The notes below the pieces were generated by a model that saw only the letters and a list, made by a program, of their open reading frames with translations, ran no database searches and had not been told where the DNA came from. The translations under genes were made by a program, and so were the position numbers. Below are positions 1 through 7,146 of a stretch of DNA of 43,708 nucleotides, in pieces (within the stretch, counting starts at the first letter, position 1; each line of letters opens with the position of its first letter). The stretch comes from an uncultured Chloroflexota bacterium (lineage in GTDB: Bacteria > Chloroflexota > Limnocylindria > Limnocylindrales > CSP1-4). The stretch is from assembly GCA_903928275.1 (NCBI GenBank), contig CAIYQJ010000412.1:1-43708 (forward strand), written 5' to 3'.

Positions 1-691
1 GGCTGCGATAGCGCTCCTCGCTGGCGCGCAGCTTCTCCTCCGCCAGGGCTCTCTCGGGGAGATCCGTGACGGTCAACTGGTGGCGGGGCGGGGCGCCGTC
101 GGCCGCGCCCTGTGGCCGCGACTCGAGGTGCGCCCAGAAGGGCTCGGCGCCGGTGCGTTGCAGCCGCAGCTCGACGGTCTGCGACTCCTCGGTCTGCTCG
201 AGCAGGGCGTGGTGCCGGTAGAAGGCAGCCTGGTCCGCCGCGAAGACGAGGGCGCGGAACGGCTGCCCGACGAGCCGCCGCCGCTCCACGCCGAGGAGGC
301 GGGCGGCGGTGAGGTTGGCGTCGCGGATGACGTTGTCGCGGCCCAGCGTGAGGTAGCCGACCGGGGCGCGGTCGAAGAGGTCGAAGTACTTCGCGCGCTG
401 CGTGTCGAGCTCCAGCTGGGCACGCCGGAGCTCCTCGTTCTGCATCTCGAGCTCGACCTGGTGGACGCGCAGCTCGTGGACGATCGCCTCGGCGCCCTCG
501 GGCACGGGTGCCGAATCGTCCCGGAGCAGGGTCGCCGCGGCGGCGGAGAGCGCCTCGAGGCGGTCCTCGGCCTGCCGGCGCAGCTCGGCGCCCGAGAGCA
601 CGCGACGCAGGTCGGCGGCCGCGAGCACCTCGCGCATCTCGGCCGCGTCCAGCGCAGGCTCGTCCGTGCCCGGTCTCCTGGCGTCGGTCAT
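1..691 (-). CDS. PAS/S-box sensor protein, N-terminal ~230 codons (3' part lies beyond the left edge)
   Basis: The gene is absent from the ORF track because it has no stop inside the window. Hand translation of the minus strand from ATG 691..689 gives MTDARRPGTDEPALDAAEMREVL...AIVHELRVHQVELEMQNEELRRAQLELDTQRAKYFDLFDRAPVGYLTLGRDNVIRDANLTAARLLGVERRRLVGQPF...TVELRLQRTGAEPFWAHLESRP. The HQxELEMQNEEL coiled coil followed by FDxAPVG...G is the classic N-terminus of PAS sensor kinases and cyclases. There is an in-frame TGA upstream at 746..748 with no earlier start codon. GC3 is high. Confidence 0.75.
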   Translation of the reverse strand, partial: MTDARRPGTDEPALDAAEMREVLAAADLRRVLSGAELRRQAEDRLEALSAAAATLLRDDSAPVPEGAEAIVHELRVHQVELEMQNEELRRAQLELDTQRAKYFDLFDRAPVGYLTLGRDNVIRDANLTAARLLGVERRRLVGQPFRALVFAADQAAFYRHHALLEQTEESQTVELRLQRTGAEPFWAHLESRPQGAADGAPPRHQLTVTDLPERALAEEKLRASEERYRS

Positions 692-1058
692 CGGGCGCCG
701 CGGCTCATGCGGATGGATCCATGGGGCCGCGCCCCATCGCCCTCGTCACGCGACGGCGGCGAAATCACGATGACATCGTGGACCCCACCCCGCGCGGGGG
801 GGTGATCGATGCGCGTCGTGCCGAACGCGAGTGTCATCGGTGCCCCGCAGATGCCCGGGCCGGGCGCCCCCCACGGCAGGCCGACGGTCTGCGAAGCAGC
901 GTACTCCGCGGCGTCAGTGCCGAACGGCCCCGACGGCGCGGATCGAGGTCAGCCCGCGGATCCGCGCCCGCGAGCCGCACCGGGTCGGCCAAGCCGTGCG
1001 GCCCACGGTGACGCCGGGCACCCGCGCTGTCGACGATCCCGACGTCGGGCTGCCGCAT

Positions 1059-2276
1059 TCACCCGAGGACGAGGATCCCGTGCGGGAAGCAGGTCAGTCG
1101 CTCGGCTCGCCGCGCCTCGACATCGAAGAGGACCAGGTCCTCGATGCGGACGCCGGTCTCGCCCTCGATATAGACGCCGGGCTCCACGCTGAACACCGTG
1201 GGCGACGGCAGCGGCGTCGCCGGGGCCACTCGGCTCAGGCTCGGGCCCTCGTGGGTCGCCAGGCCGATACCGTGGCCGGTCCCGTGCCCGAAACGGTCGC
1301 CCATTCCGGCCGCCGCGATGACGTCGCGCGCGGCGGCGTCCACGGCACGCCCGCTCGGGGCCGGGCCGCCGGCTGCCGCGGATGCCTCGACGGCCGCGAT
1401 CGCCGCCCCCTGGGCCCGAGCGACGAGCGCGTAGAGGTCGAGGTCCCGCGGGGACGGCTCCCCGACGAACAGGGTGCGCGTCATGTCGCTCCGGTAGCCG
1501 TCCACGCGTGCGCCGAAGTCGAAGAGGAGCACGGCCCCGTCGATGACCGGTCGCGGGCCCGGCGAGCCGTGGGGAAGCGCCGCCTCGGGCCCGGCGAGGC
1601 ATGCGACGTCGAACGCGAGCCCCTCCGCTCCCCCGGTCCGCATAAGGACCTCGAGGCGCCACGCGAGCTCCGCCTCCGTGACGCCGACGCGGATCTCCGG
1701 CAGCAGCACGGCGAGCGCCCGGTCGGCGACCGCGCACGCGGCTCGGATCCGGTCCATCTCCGACGGCTCCTTCGTCGCCCGATCCGTCTCCACCCAGCCG
1801 TCCACCGCGACGAGCTCCACGTCCGGCGCCGTCGCCTCGAGAGCGCGCCACAGCGCGTGGCTCACGAAGGCGGCCTCGACCGCGACCCGCCGCGCACCGA
1901 CCGACGCCGCCAGCTCGCTCCAGCGCGCCGCCAGGTCGTTCGTGATGGGCTCGACGCGGGCGCCCACGGCCTCGCGGCCAGCCTGGATCGTGTAGCGCGA
2001 GTCCGCGAGGACCACGACCTCGTCCCCGGACACGAGGAACCGACCGGACTGCCCGGCCACCCGGTCCTCGCCGTCGCCGAGGGCGAACCCGGTGAGGTAC
2101 CGGGAGTTCTCGGGGCGGATCCCGAAGTAGGCATCGAGGCCATCGGAGGCAAGGCGCGCCCGGATCCGGGCGAGGCGGGCGGGTCGCGCGGCGGCGTCGG
2201 CGTCGGCCCAGCGCGCACGCTCGCCGGCGGTCGGCGGCGGCCCGAAGTCCGTGGGCACGGGAAGACCCGGGGTCAC
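1059..2276 (-). CDS. Xaa-Pro aminopeptidase/dipeptidase, M24B family
   Basis: This is the C-terminal part of track ORF 1059..3716. It has a creatinase-like N-domain and an M24 pita-bread core with the metal-ligand motifs DFGARVDGYRSDMTRT, HGTGHGIGL and EPGVY..G..GVRIED. The start was set at GTG 2276..2274, which overlaps the mltG stop (GTGA). GTG ~2254 is an alternative start. Confidence 0.9.
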   Translation of the reverse strand: MTPGLPVPTDFGPPPTAGERARWADADAAARPARLARIRARLASDGLDAYFGIRPENSRYLTGFALGDGEDRVAGQSGRFLVSGDEVVVLADSRYTIQAGREAVGARVEPITNDLAARWSELAASVGARRVAVEAAFVSHALWRALEATAPDVELVAVDGWVETDRATKEPSEMDRIRAACAVADRALAVLLPEIRVGVTEAELAWRLEVLMRTGGAEGLAFDVACLAGPEAALPHGSPGPRPVIDGAVLLFDFGARVDGYRSDMTRTLFVGEPSPRDLDLYALVARAQGAAIAAVEASAAAGGPAPSGRAVDAAARDVIAAAGMGDRFGHGTGHGIGLATHEGPSLSRVAPATPLPSPTVFSVEPGVYIEGETGVRIEDLVLFDVEARRAERLTCFPHGILVLG

Positions 2277-3607
2277 TGGATGTACCCGTACTTGCGGAGG
2301 TTCGCGAGGTGCTGCTCGTACGTCTTTGCGAAGGCGTGCTTGCCGCCCCCGTTCGGGATCGCGACGAAGAACATGTAACCCCCGCTCGTGTCGGGGTTGA
2401 GCGCAGCGTCCATCGCCTTCACCGAGGGCGTGACGATGGGTCCGTCCGGGAGCCCGGCGTTCACGTACGTCTGGTAGCTCGCGAGCGACTTCGGCAGCTT
2501 GACGTCCGCGAGAGGCGTTCCCACCACCTCCCAGAACGAGTACGTGGGCCACCTGGCGAAGGGCAGCTTCCCGACGTTCACCGTGTCCACGCCGTAGACG
2601 ACGGTGGGGTCGGCGTTGAGGATCATCCCGGCGTCGAGGCGGTTCTGGTAGACCCCGGCGATCTTCGCGTACTCGGTGTCGACGACCGCCTCCCGATCGA
2701 CGATCGACGCGAGCGTGTCGACCTCGTGAAGGCTCATCCCACGGGCCGCGGGCACCGTCAGCCTGTCGCCCATCTTCGCCGCGTAGCCGTCCAGCAGTCG
2801 CCGCAGGAGCGCCTCCGCGTCGATCCGTGGATCCACCTCGTAGACGCCGCTGCCGAGGTACCCCTCCAGCGACGCGCCCTTCGGCAGGTCGGCCAGCCAC
2901 GGGTAGTCCGCGAGGACCGACGCGGGCGGCTTCTTCGCCATGTCGTAGAACGCCTTCACGTCCGTCTTGATCGGCAGCGTCTGCAGGTAGGCGGCCACCT
3001 GCTCGAGGCGCAGCGCGTCCCGCAGCGCGATCGTCGTGGCGAAGACCTTGGTCTGGAGCAACGAGGTCACCAGCTCCTCGGGGGTCATGTCCTTCCGGAG
3101 GACGAACGTCCCCGCCTCGAGCTGCGTCGCGAGGCCCTTGCTCACCGCGAGGTAGACGAAGGCCCGCGGGTCCGCGAGCAGGCCGGCTGTGTGGAGCCGG
3201 TCGGCGATCGCCGCGGCCGAGTCCCCGGGCGCCACGATGAACTCGGTCTCGGACGCGTCCGTCGACGCCTTCTGCGTCAGGACGGGTCCCAGGTCGTCCC
3301 TCACGAGGTCGGAGACCCAGCCGATCCCGAGCAGGCTCGGGTTGCCGTAGGCCATCCCGGTGACCCACCCGCCCACCATCGGCCGCAGCAGCGTGGCCGC
3401 GAGCGCGAACCCGACGATCACCGTAGCCCCCACGATGATGAGGCACCCGACGAGGACCCCGAGGCCACGAGGACCGCGACCCCGTCGGCGACCCTCCCGC
3501 AGCTCGCGGGCCGTCTGTGCGCGGCCGAGGGGATCGCGGAGATCCGCCTGCGACGGCGCGTACCCCCGGGACGGGCGATCGTCCCGGGTTCCGCCGCCAT
3601 CCGTCAC
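2273..3607 (-). CDS. mltG: Endolytic murein transglycosylase MltG (YceG-like)
   Basis: 444 aa. It has an N-terminal basic region plus one TM (GVLVGCLIIVGATVIVGFALAATLL) and a YceG domain with ...VYQNRLDAGMILNADPTVVYG... and a C-terminal ...HAFAKTYEQH. The GTG start at 3607 overlaps the ruvX stop (GTGA). Confidence 0.9.
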   Translation of the reverse strand: MTDGGGTRDDRPSRGYAPSQADLRDPLGRAQTARELREGRRRGRGPRGLGVLVGCLIIVGATVIVGFALAATLLRPMVGGWVTGMAYGNPSLLGIGWVSDLVRDDLGPVLTQKASTDASETEFIVAPGDSAAAIADRLHTAGLLADPRAFVYLAVSKGLATQLEAGTFVLRKDMTPEELVTSLLQTKVFATTIALRDALRLEQVAAYLQTLPIKTDVKAFYDMAKKPPASVLADYPWLADLPKGASLEGYLGSGVYEVDPRIDAEALLRRLLDGYAAKMGDRLTVPAARGMSLHEVDTLASIVDREAVVDTEYAKIAGVYQNRLDAGMILNADPTVVYGVDTVNVGKLPFARWPTYSFWEVVGTPLADVKLPKSLASYQTYVNAGLPDGPIVTPSVKAMDAALNPDTSGGYMFFVAIPNGGGKHAFAKTYEQHLANLRKYGYIQ

Positions 3608-4062
3608 GGGTCGCTCCTCGGTCGCGCGTCGAGCTCGTCGCGCAGGATGATCGCGGCGGCCTCCCGGTCGAGCCGCTCGCGGTAGACGCGACGCTGGGTC
3701 GCCGTCGGCGGCCCACCCGATCGGCCCCGCTTCATGGGACCGATGACCTGGGCAGCGCGGTCGCTCGAGAGGCGCTCATCGCGCAGGAGCACGGGCAGGC
3801 CGAGCGCTTCCGCGATCTTCTCGCCCCACGCTCGCGTCGCCGCGGCCTGGGCGCCCTCGCCGCCGTCGAAGTCTAGCGGCAATCCGAGGATCACCGCCGT
3901 CACGTCCTCCCGCTCCACGAACCGTCGGAGCGTCGCGGCGTCCTCCTCGACGGTCGCCCCCCGCGGCACGGTCGCGAGCGGGCGCGGCGGGTCGATGCCC
4001 GGATCCGCGATCGCGAGGCCCACGCGCTTCCCGCCGAGGTCCACGCCGAGCAGGCGGCTCAC
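3604..4062 (-). CDS. ruvX: Putative pre-16S rRNA nuclease / Holliday-junction resolvase-like RuvX (YqgF)
   Basis: This is the C-terminal 152 codons of track ORF 3604..5283: VSRLLGVDLGGKRVGLAIADP...VTAVILGLPLDFDGGEG...LPVLLRDERLSS. This is the typical YqgF signature (G.D.G..R.G.A, GLP...DG, DER.[ST]). The GTG at 4062 overlaps the stop of the upstream ORF (GTGA). Confidence 0.9.
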   Translation of the reverse strand: MSRLLGVDLGGKRVGLAIADPGIDPPRPLATVPRGATVEEDAATLRRFVEREDVTAVILGLPLDFDGGEGAQAAATRAWGEKIAEALGLPVLLRDERLSSDRAAQVIGPMKRGRSGGPPTATQRRVYRERLDREAAAIILRDELDARPRSDP

Positions 4063-5870
4063 GGCGCCTCCGACGGCGACCCGGCCGGGATCGAGGGCGC
4101 GGGCGTCGCGGATGGCAGCGGCGACCGCGGTGCGGGCGTCGTGCCCGACGCGGTCGGGACGACGAGGACGTCGATCCGCGCGTCGGTGCCGGTGACCGCC
4201 GGTACGAAACCCGGCCATACGACGACCGTGACGTCGCCGTACGCGGCCAGCGCCGCCTCCGCCTCCGTCGGCGTCCTGCCGCGCACGGCGGCCCGGATCA
4301 CGGCGGGATCGATGGTGCGGACCGTGGAGCCGCTCGCGGTCGCGGGGACGTCCGCGGCGTCTCCGGTCGCCATCGCATCGCCCACGTCGGCGGTGGCGCT
4401 GCCGTCCACGAGCGACGAGCCCGCCGGGACCGCCGCGGCGAGCTGGCCGAGCGCCACGGCGTGGACGTCGGCGGGAGCGTATGCGGTCACGGCACCGGTG
4501 GTGGCGAGCGTGAGATCGAACGCATCGACCTGCTGGCCGACGAGCGAGGCGGGGTCGGGCGACGGGATCGGGGTGCCGAGGCTCTCGGTGCCGGGGACGA
4601 GGACCGACCCGGCGGGCGCGCGCGCGGGGTCGGCGGCGGCGTCCACGAGGCGCGTCGCGAGGCGGCTGCCGAGGCTCTTCAGTGCGGCGTCGACGTCCTT
4701 CTGCGTCACGAGCGGCGTGCTCACCCGCGTCCCGCCGGTCGTGTCCGCGCGGTTCCGCACCTCGAGCAGGACCGGGTCCTCGCCGGCCGGGACGATCGCG
4801 ATCGTGTTCGGCGCGACGTTCGCCTCGGGCCCGCCCTTGACGGCCGTCACGGCCGCGTCCGCCGTCCCGGGCAGGATCGTGAGCCCCACGATCCGTGCCT
4901 TGGGGACTGTGACCGCCGACGTGGTCGCGTAGGCGACGCCCGCCGCGGTCCGGACGACGCTGCCGGCGGGGATCGCGTTCGCCCGCGTGGGGTCCTTGCT
5001 GAGGAAGGTGACGCTGCCGGTCGCCTTCGTCTCCTTGACCTTCTTCCCCGTCGCGGGTAACCGGTCGCTGACCTGGACCGGCACGTCCACTCGCGTCGCC
5101 GGGACGACGGCCGCGGCCACGTCGATCGCCGTCGCCGCGGGGTCGGCGCGCACGGTGACGCTGACCGGACCCAGCGCCTCCGTGGTTGGCCGGATGGTGA
5201 CCGTGGCCGTGGGGAGGGCCGTGTAGGCGACGGAGCCCCCTGCCGCGAGCACCACGACGGCGACGAGAAGCACGACGCCCCACCGCCGCCGCGAGCCCCG
5301 GCCCTGCGACGGGCCGAGCCGCATCGGACGGGCCGTCGGCAGCCCGGTCGAGGGCGGAACGCCGGACGCGCTCGCCCGTCCGGAGACCGGGGCGGCGCCG
5401 CCCGCGCTCGAGCCGTCGCGACCGGGAGTGGCGTGGGCGTCCGCGGACGACCCGGATGCCGCAGGCTGAGCGGTGACGCCGTCCGGCTTCGTGCCGGCGC
5501 TGCGTGCCGGGCCCCCCGCTCGCACGCCGGCAGTGGCGGTCACGGCGGCGGCCGTCGCCGCCGTCTCGGCGATGGTCGCCGGGCTCGATGCCCGGCGTGC
5601 CGCCTCGGCACCCTCGTACTCGGTGACGGTCCCGTACGCCTGGAGTCCGGCCGCCGTGGCGACCGCCCGGGCCGCGGCGTCGGGCGTCACGATCGCGAGC
5701 GATCGTGAGGTGCCGGCCGCCTCGCGCGCGAGGAGTCGGAAGTTGATGCGTGACGTGCCCAGCCGCGACCCGGCGGGCACGACGAGGGCGACGTGGGCGT
5801 CCGTGACGCGCCGGAGGCGGGATGCGACCGACGTGATCTCGTCGTCGACATCGAGGTAGATGACGGCCAT
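4059..5870 (-). CDS. Bitopic membrane protein of unknown function (cytoplasmic N-domain, disordered linker, one TM, large beta-rich ectodomain, Pro-rich tail)
   Basis: 603 aa, ATG at 5870, 10 nt after the stop of the FtsA-like gene.
- N-domain: MAVIYLDVDDEITSVASRLRRV...LAIVTPDAAARAVATAAGLQAYGTV
- Ala/Thr/Gly/Ser-rich linker, residues ~86-196
- TM: WGVVLLVAVVVLAAGGSVAYTAL, residues ~197-218
- ~360-aa Val/Thr/Ala-rich ectodomain
- Tail: TPAPRSPLPSATPAPSIPAGSPSEAP

GC3 phasing is good. I could not recognise a characterised family. Confidence 0.75.
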   Translation of the reverse strand: MAVIYLDVDDEITSVASRLRRVTDAHVALVVPAGSRLGTSRINFRLLAREAAGTSRSLAIVTPDAAARAVATAAGLQAYGTVTEYEGAEAARRASSPATIAETAATAAAVTATAGVRAGGPARSAGTKPDGVTAQPAASGSSADAHATPGRDGSSAGGAAPVSGRASASGVPPSTGLPTARPMRLGPSQGRGSRRRWGVVLLVAVVVLAAGGSVAYTALPTATVTIRPTTEALGPVSVTVRADPAATAIDVAAAVVPATRVDVPVQVSDRLPATGKKVKETKATGSVTFLSKDPTRANAIPAGSVVRTAAGVAYATTSAVTVPKARIVGLTILPGTADAAVTAVKGGPEANVAPNTIAIVPAGEDPVLLEVRNRADTTGGTRVSTPLVTQKDVDAALKSLGSRLATRLVDAAADPARAPAGSVLVPGTESLGTPIPSPDPASLVGQQVDAFDLTLATTGAVTAYAPADVHAVALGQLAAAVPAGSSLVDGSATADVGDAMATGDAADVPATASGSTVRTIDPAVIRAAVRGRTPTEAEAALAAYGDVTVVVWPGFVPAVTGTDARIDVLVVPTASGTTPAPRSPLPSATPAPSIPAGSPSEAP

Positions 5871-5880
5871 GGGCGCCCGC

Positions 5881-7146
5881 TCAGACCTTCATCGTCCGCA
5901 GGACCTTCCGGAGCGCGACGTCGAGCGGGTCGTCCTGGACCTGGGTCTCGATCGCCTGGAAGGCGAGCCCCAGGGGCGTCACGTCCTGCTGGTCGACGAG
6001 CAGGCGGGTGGCGTCGGTGATCGCCTCCACCTGGCCCGGCACCATCAGCGCGACGTCCGGCGGGCGCGAGAACGGCAGGTGCCGCCAGAAGGCCTCGTGG
6101 CGGAGCGCCGCGGCGATCTCCGGGAGGCGCGACCCGCCGCCGCAGAGGTGGATCCGCGACGGGAGCAGCTCCCCACCCGACAGCTCCTCGAGTACGAGCT
6201 CCACGCCGGCCGCCCACACGGCGACGTCGTCGGCCACGATCTCCTCGACGGCCGCCCGGTCCGAGCGCTCGCCGAGCCCGCGTGCGTAGTCGACCTTCAG
6301 CGCCTCCGCGCGCGGGAACGGCAGCTCCAGGCGGTCCGCGATCGACTTCGTGAACGCCCGCCCGCCGAGCGCGAACATCCGCGTGCCCTCGATGCCGCCG
6401 GAGCGGACGAGCGCCACGTCCGTGGTGCCGCCGCCGACGTCGATGAAGAGCGCCCCGGATGACTTCACCTGGTCCGGGCCCAGCACGCGCGCCACGGCGT
6501 ACGGCTCGGCCACGATCTCGAGAAGGTCGAGGTCGAGCGCGGCGGCGACGCTCTCGAGCGCCCCGAGGTGGACGAGGGGCGCGAACGCGTTGAAGATGCC
6601 GATGCGCACGTGGCGACCCTGGAACCCGATGGGGTTCGTCACCGGGTAGCCGTCGATGCTCGCGCCCGTCACCGCCGCGTGGACGAGCCGGATGTCCACG
6701 TTCGGGAGGCCGGTCTCCCAGGTGATCGCCCGCTCTGCCTCGTGGATCGCCTCGCGCTGCACCTCGTCGATGAGACGGTGCAGCTCCTGCTCGGCGATGG
6801 GCACCTCCGGCCGCTTGCGCTCCATGTCGTGGGTGACGGTGAAGCCCTTCACCAGCTCGCCCGCGATGCCGATCACGACCGACGACGGCCGGAAGCCGGC
6901 CATCTCCTCGGCCTCCTGGAGCGCCACGGAGCAGTTGTCGACGACCGCGGCGATGTCGGTCACCGTGCCCGATTGCATGTGCGAGAGCCCCTGGCGCTTC
7001 CGCCCGACGCCACGGACGGTCCCGTGTCCGTCGGCCGCGATCTCGAAGACGAGCGCCTTGGCGAACTCGGTGCCGACATCGAGCGCCGTGCATGCAGCCG
7101 GCGCCTCGCCTCCGTCGCGCTGCCAGAGCCGGCGGAGGAACGTCAT
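5881..7146 (-). CDS. FtsA-type actin-like ATPase (cell-division protein FtsA family)
   Basis: Track ORF 5881..7347 was trimmed to ATG 7146..7144 (MTFLRRLWQR...), which overlaps the alaS stop (TGATG). 421 aa.
- Phosphate-1 motif: LDVGTEFAKALV
- Phosphate-2 motif: FIDVGGGTTDVALV
- Adenosine motif: LCGGGSRLPEI
- Also present: EPYAVARVL, an FtsA-like 1C insert, and a basic amphipathic C-terminal helix LDVALRKVLRTMKV. Confidence 0.85.
   Translation of the reverse strand: MTFLRRLWQRDGGEAPAACTALDVGTEFAKALVFEIAADGHGTVRGVGRKRQGLSHMQSGTVTDIAAVVDNCSVALQEAEEMAGFRPSSVVIGIAGELVKGFTVTHDMERKRPEVPIAEQELHRLIDEVQREAIHEAERAITWETGLPNVDIRLVHAAVTGASIDGYPVTNPIGFQGRHVRIGIFNAFAPLVHLGALESVAAALDLDLLEIVAEPYAVARVLGPDQVKSSGALFIDVGGGTTDVALVRSGGIEGTRMFALGGRAFTKSIADRLELPFPRAEALKVDYARGLGERSDRAAVEEIVADDVAVWAAGVELVLEELSGGELLPSRIHLCGGGSRLPEIAAALRHEAFWRHLPFSRPPDVALMVPGQVEAITDATRLLVDQQDVTPLGLAFQAIETQVQDDPLDVALRKVLRTMKV

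Noticed and set aside
1038-1049. The perfect 12-bp palindrome CCCGACGTCGGG just after the peptidase stop, as a possible terminator or operator.
   Set aside because: As a hairpin it would have only a 4-bp stem with a 4-nt loop and no U-tract. Short GC palindromes are frequent in DNA of this composition.
1059-3716. Long N-terminal extensions that make the track ORFs look like giant fusion proteins. Affected ORFs are 1059..3716, 3604..5283, 10276..12726, 24122..26338, 25309..28116, 31894..34980, 33774..35654, 5881..7347, 14652..15146, 42133..43638 and 40360..41769.
   Set aside because: The extensions overlap the upstream real gene in a different frame and translate to Arg-rich junk. Homology-consistent internal ATG/GTG starts sit exactly at the upstream stop (GTGA/ATGA). 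I therefore trimmed them.
4059-5870. The large beta-rich membrane protein as a phage baseplate/tail-like remnant, and hence a prophage trace.
   Set aside because: There are no other phage-like genes nearby. The gene is tightly embedded and start/stop-coupled in a housekeeping operon, and its composition matches the host. I treated it as a chromosomal envelope protein of unknown function.
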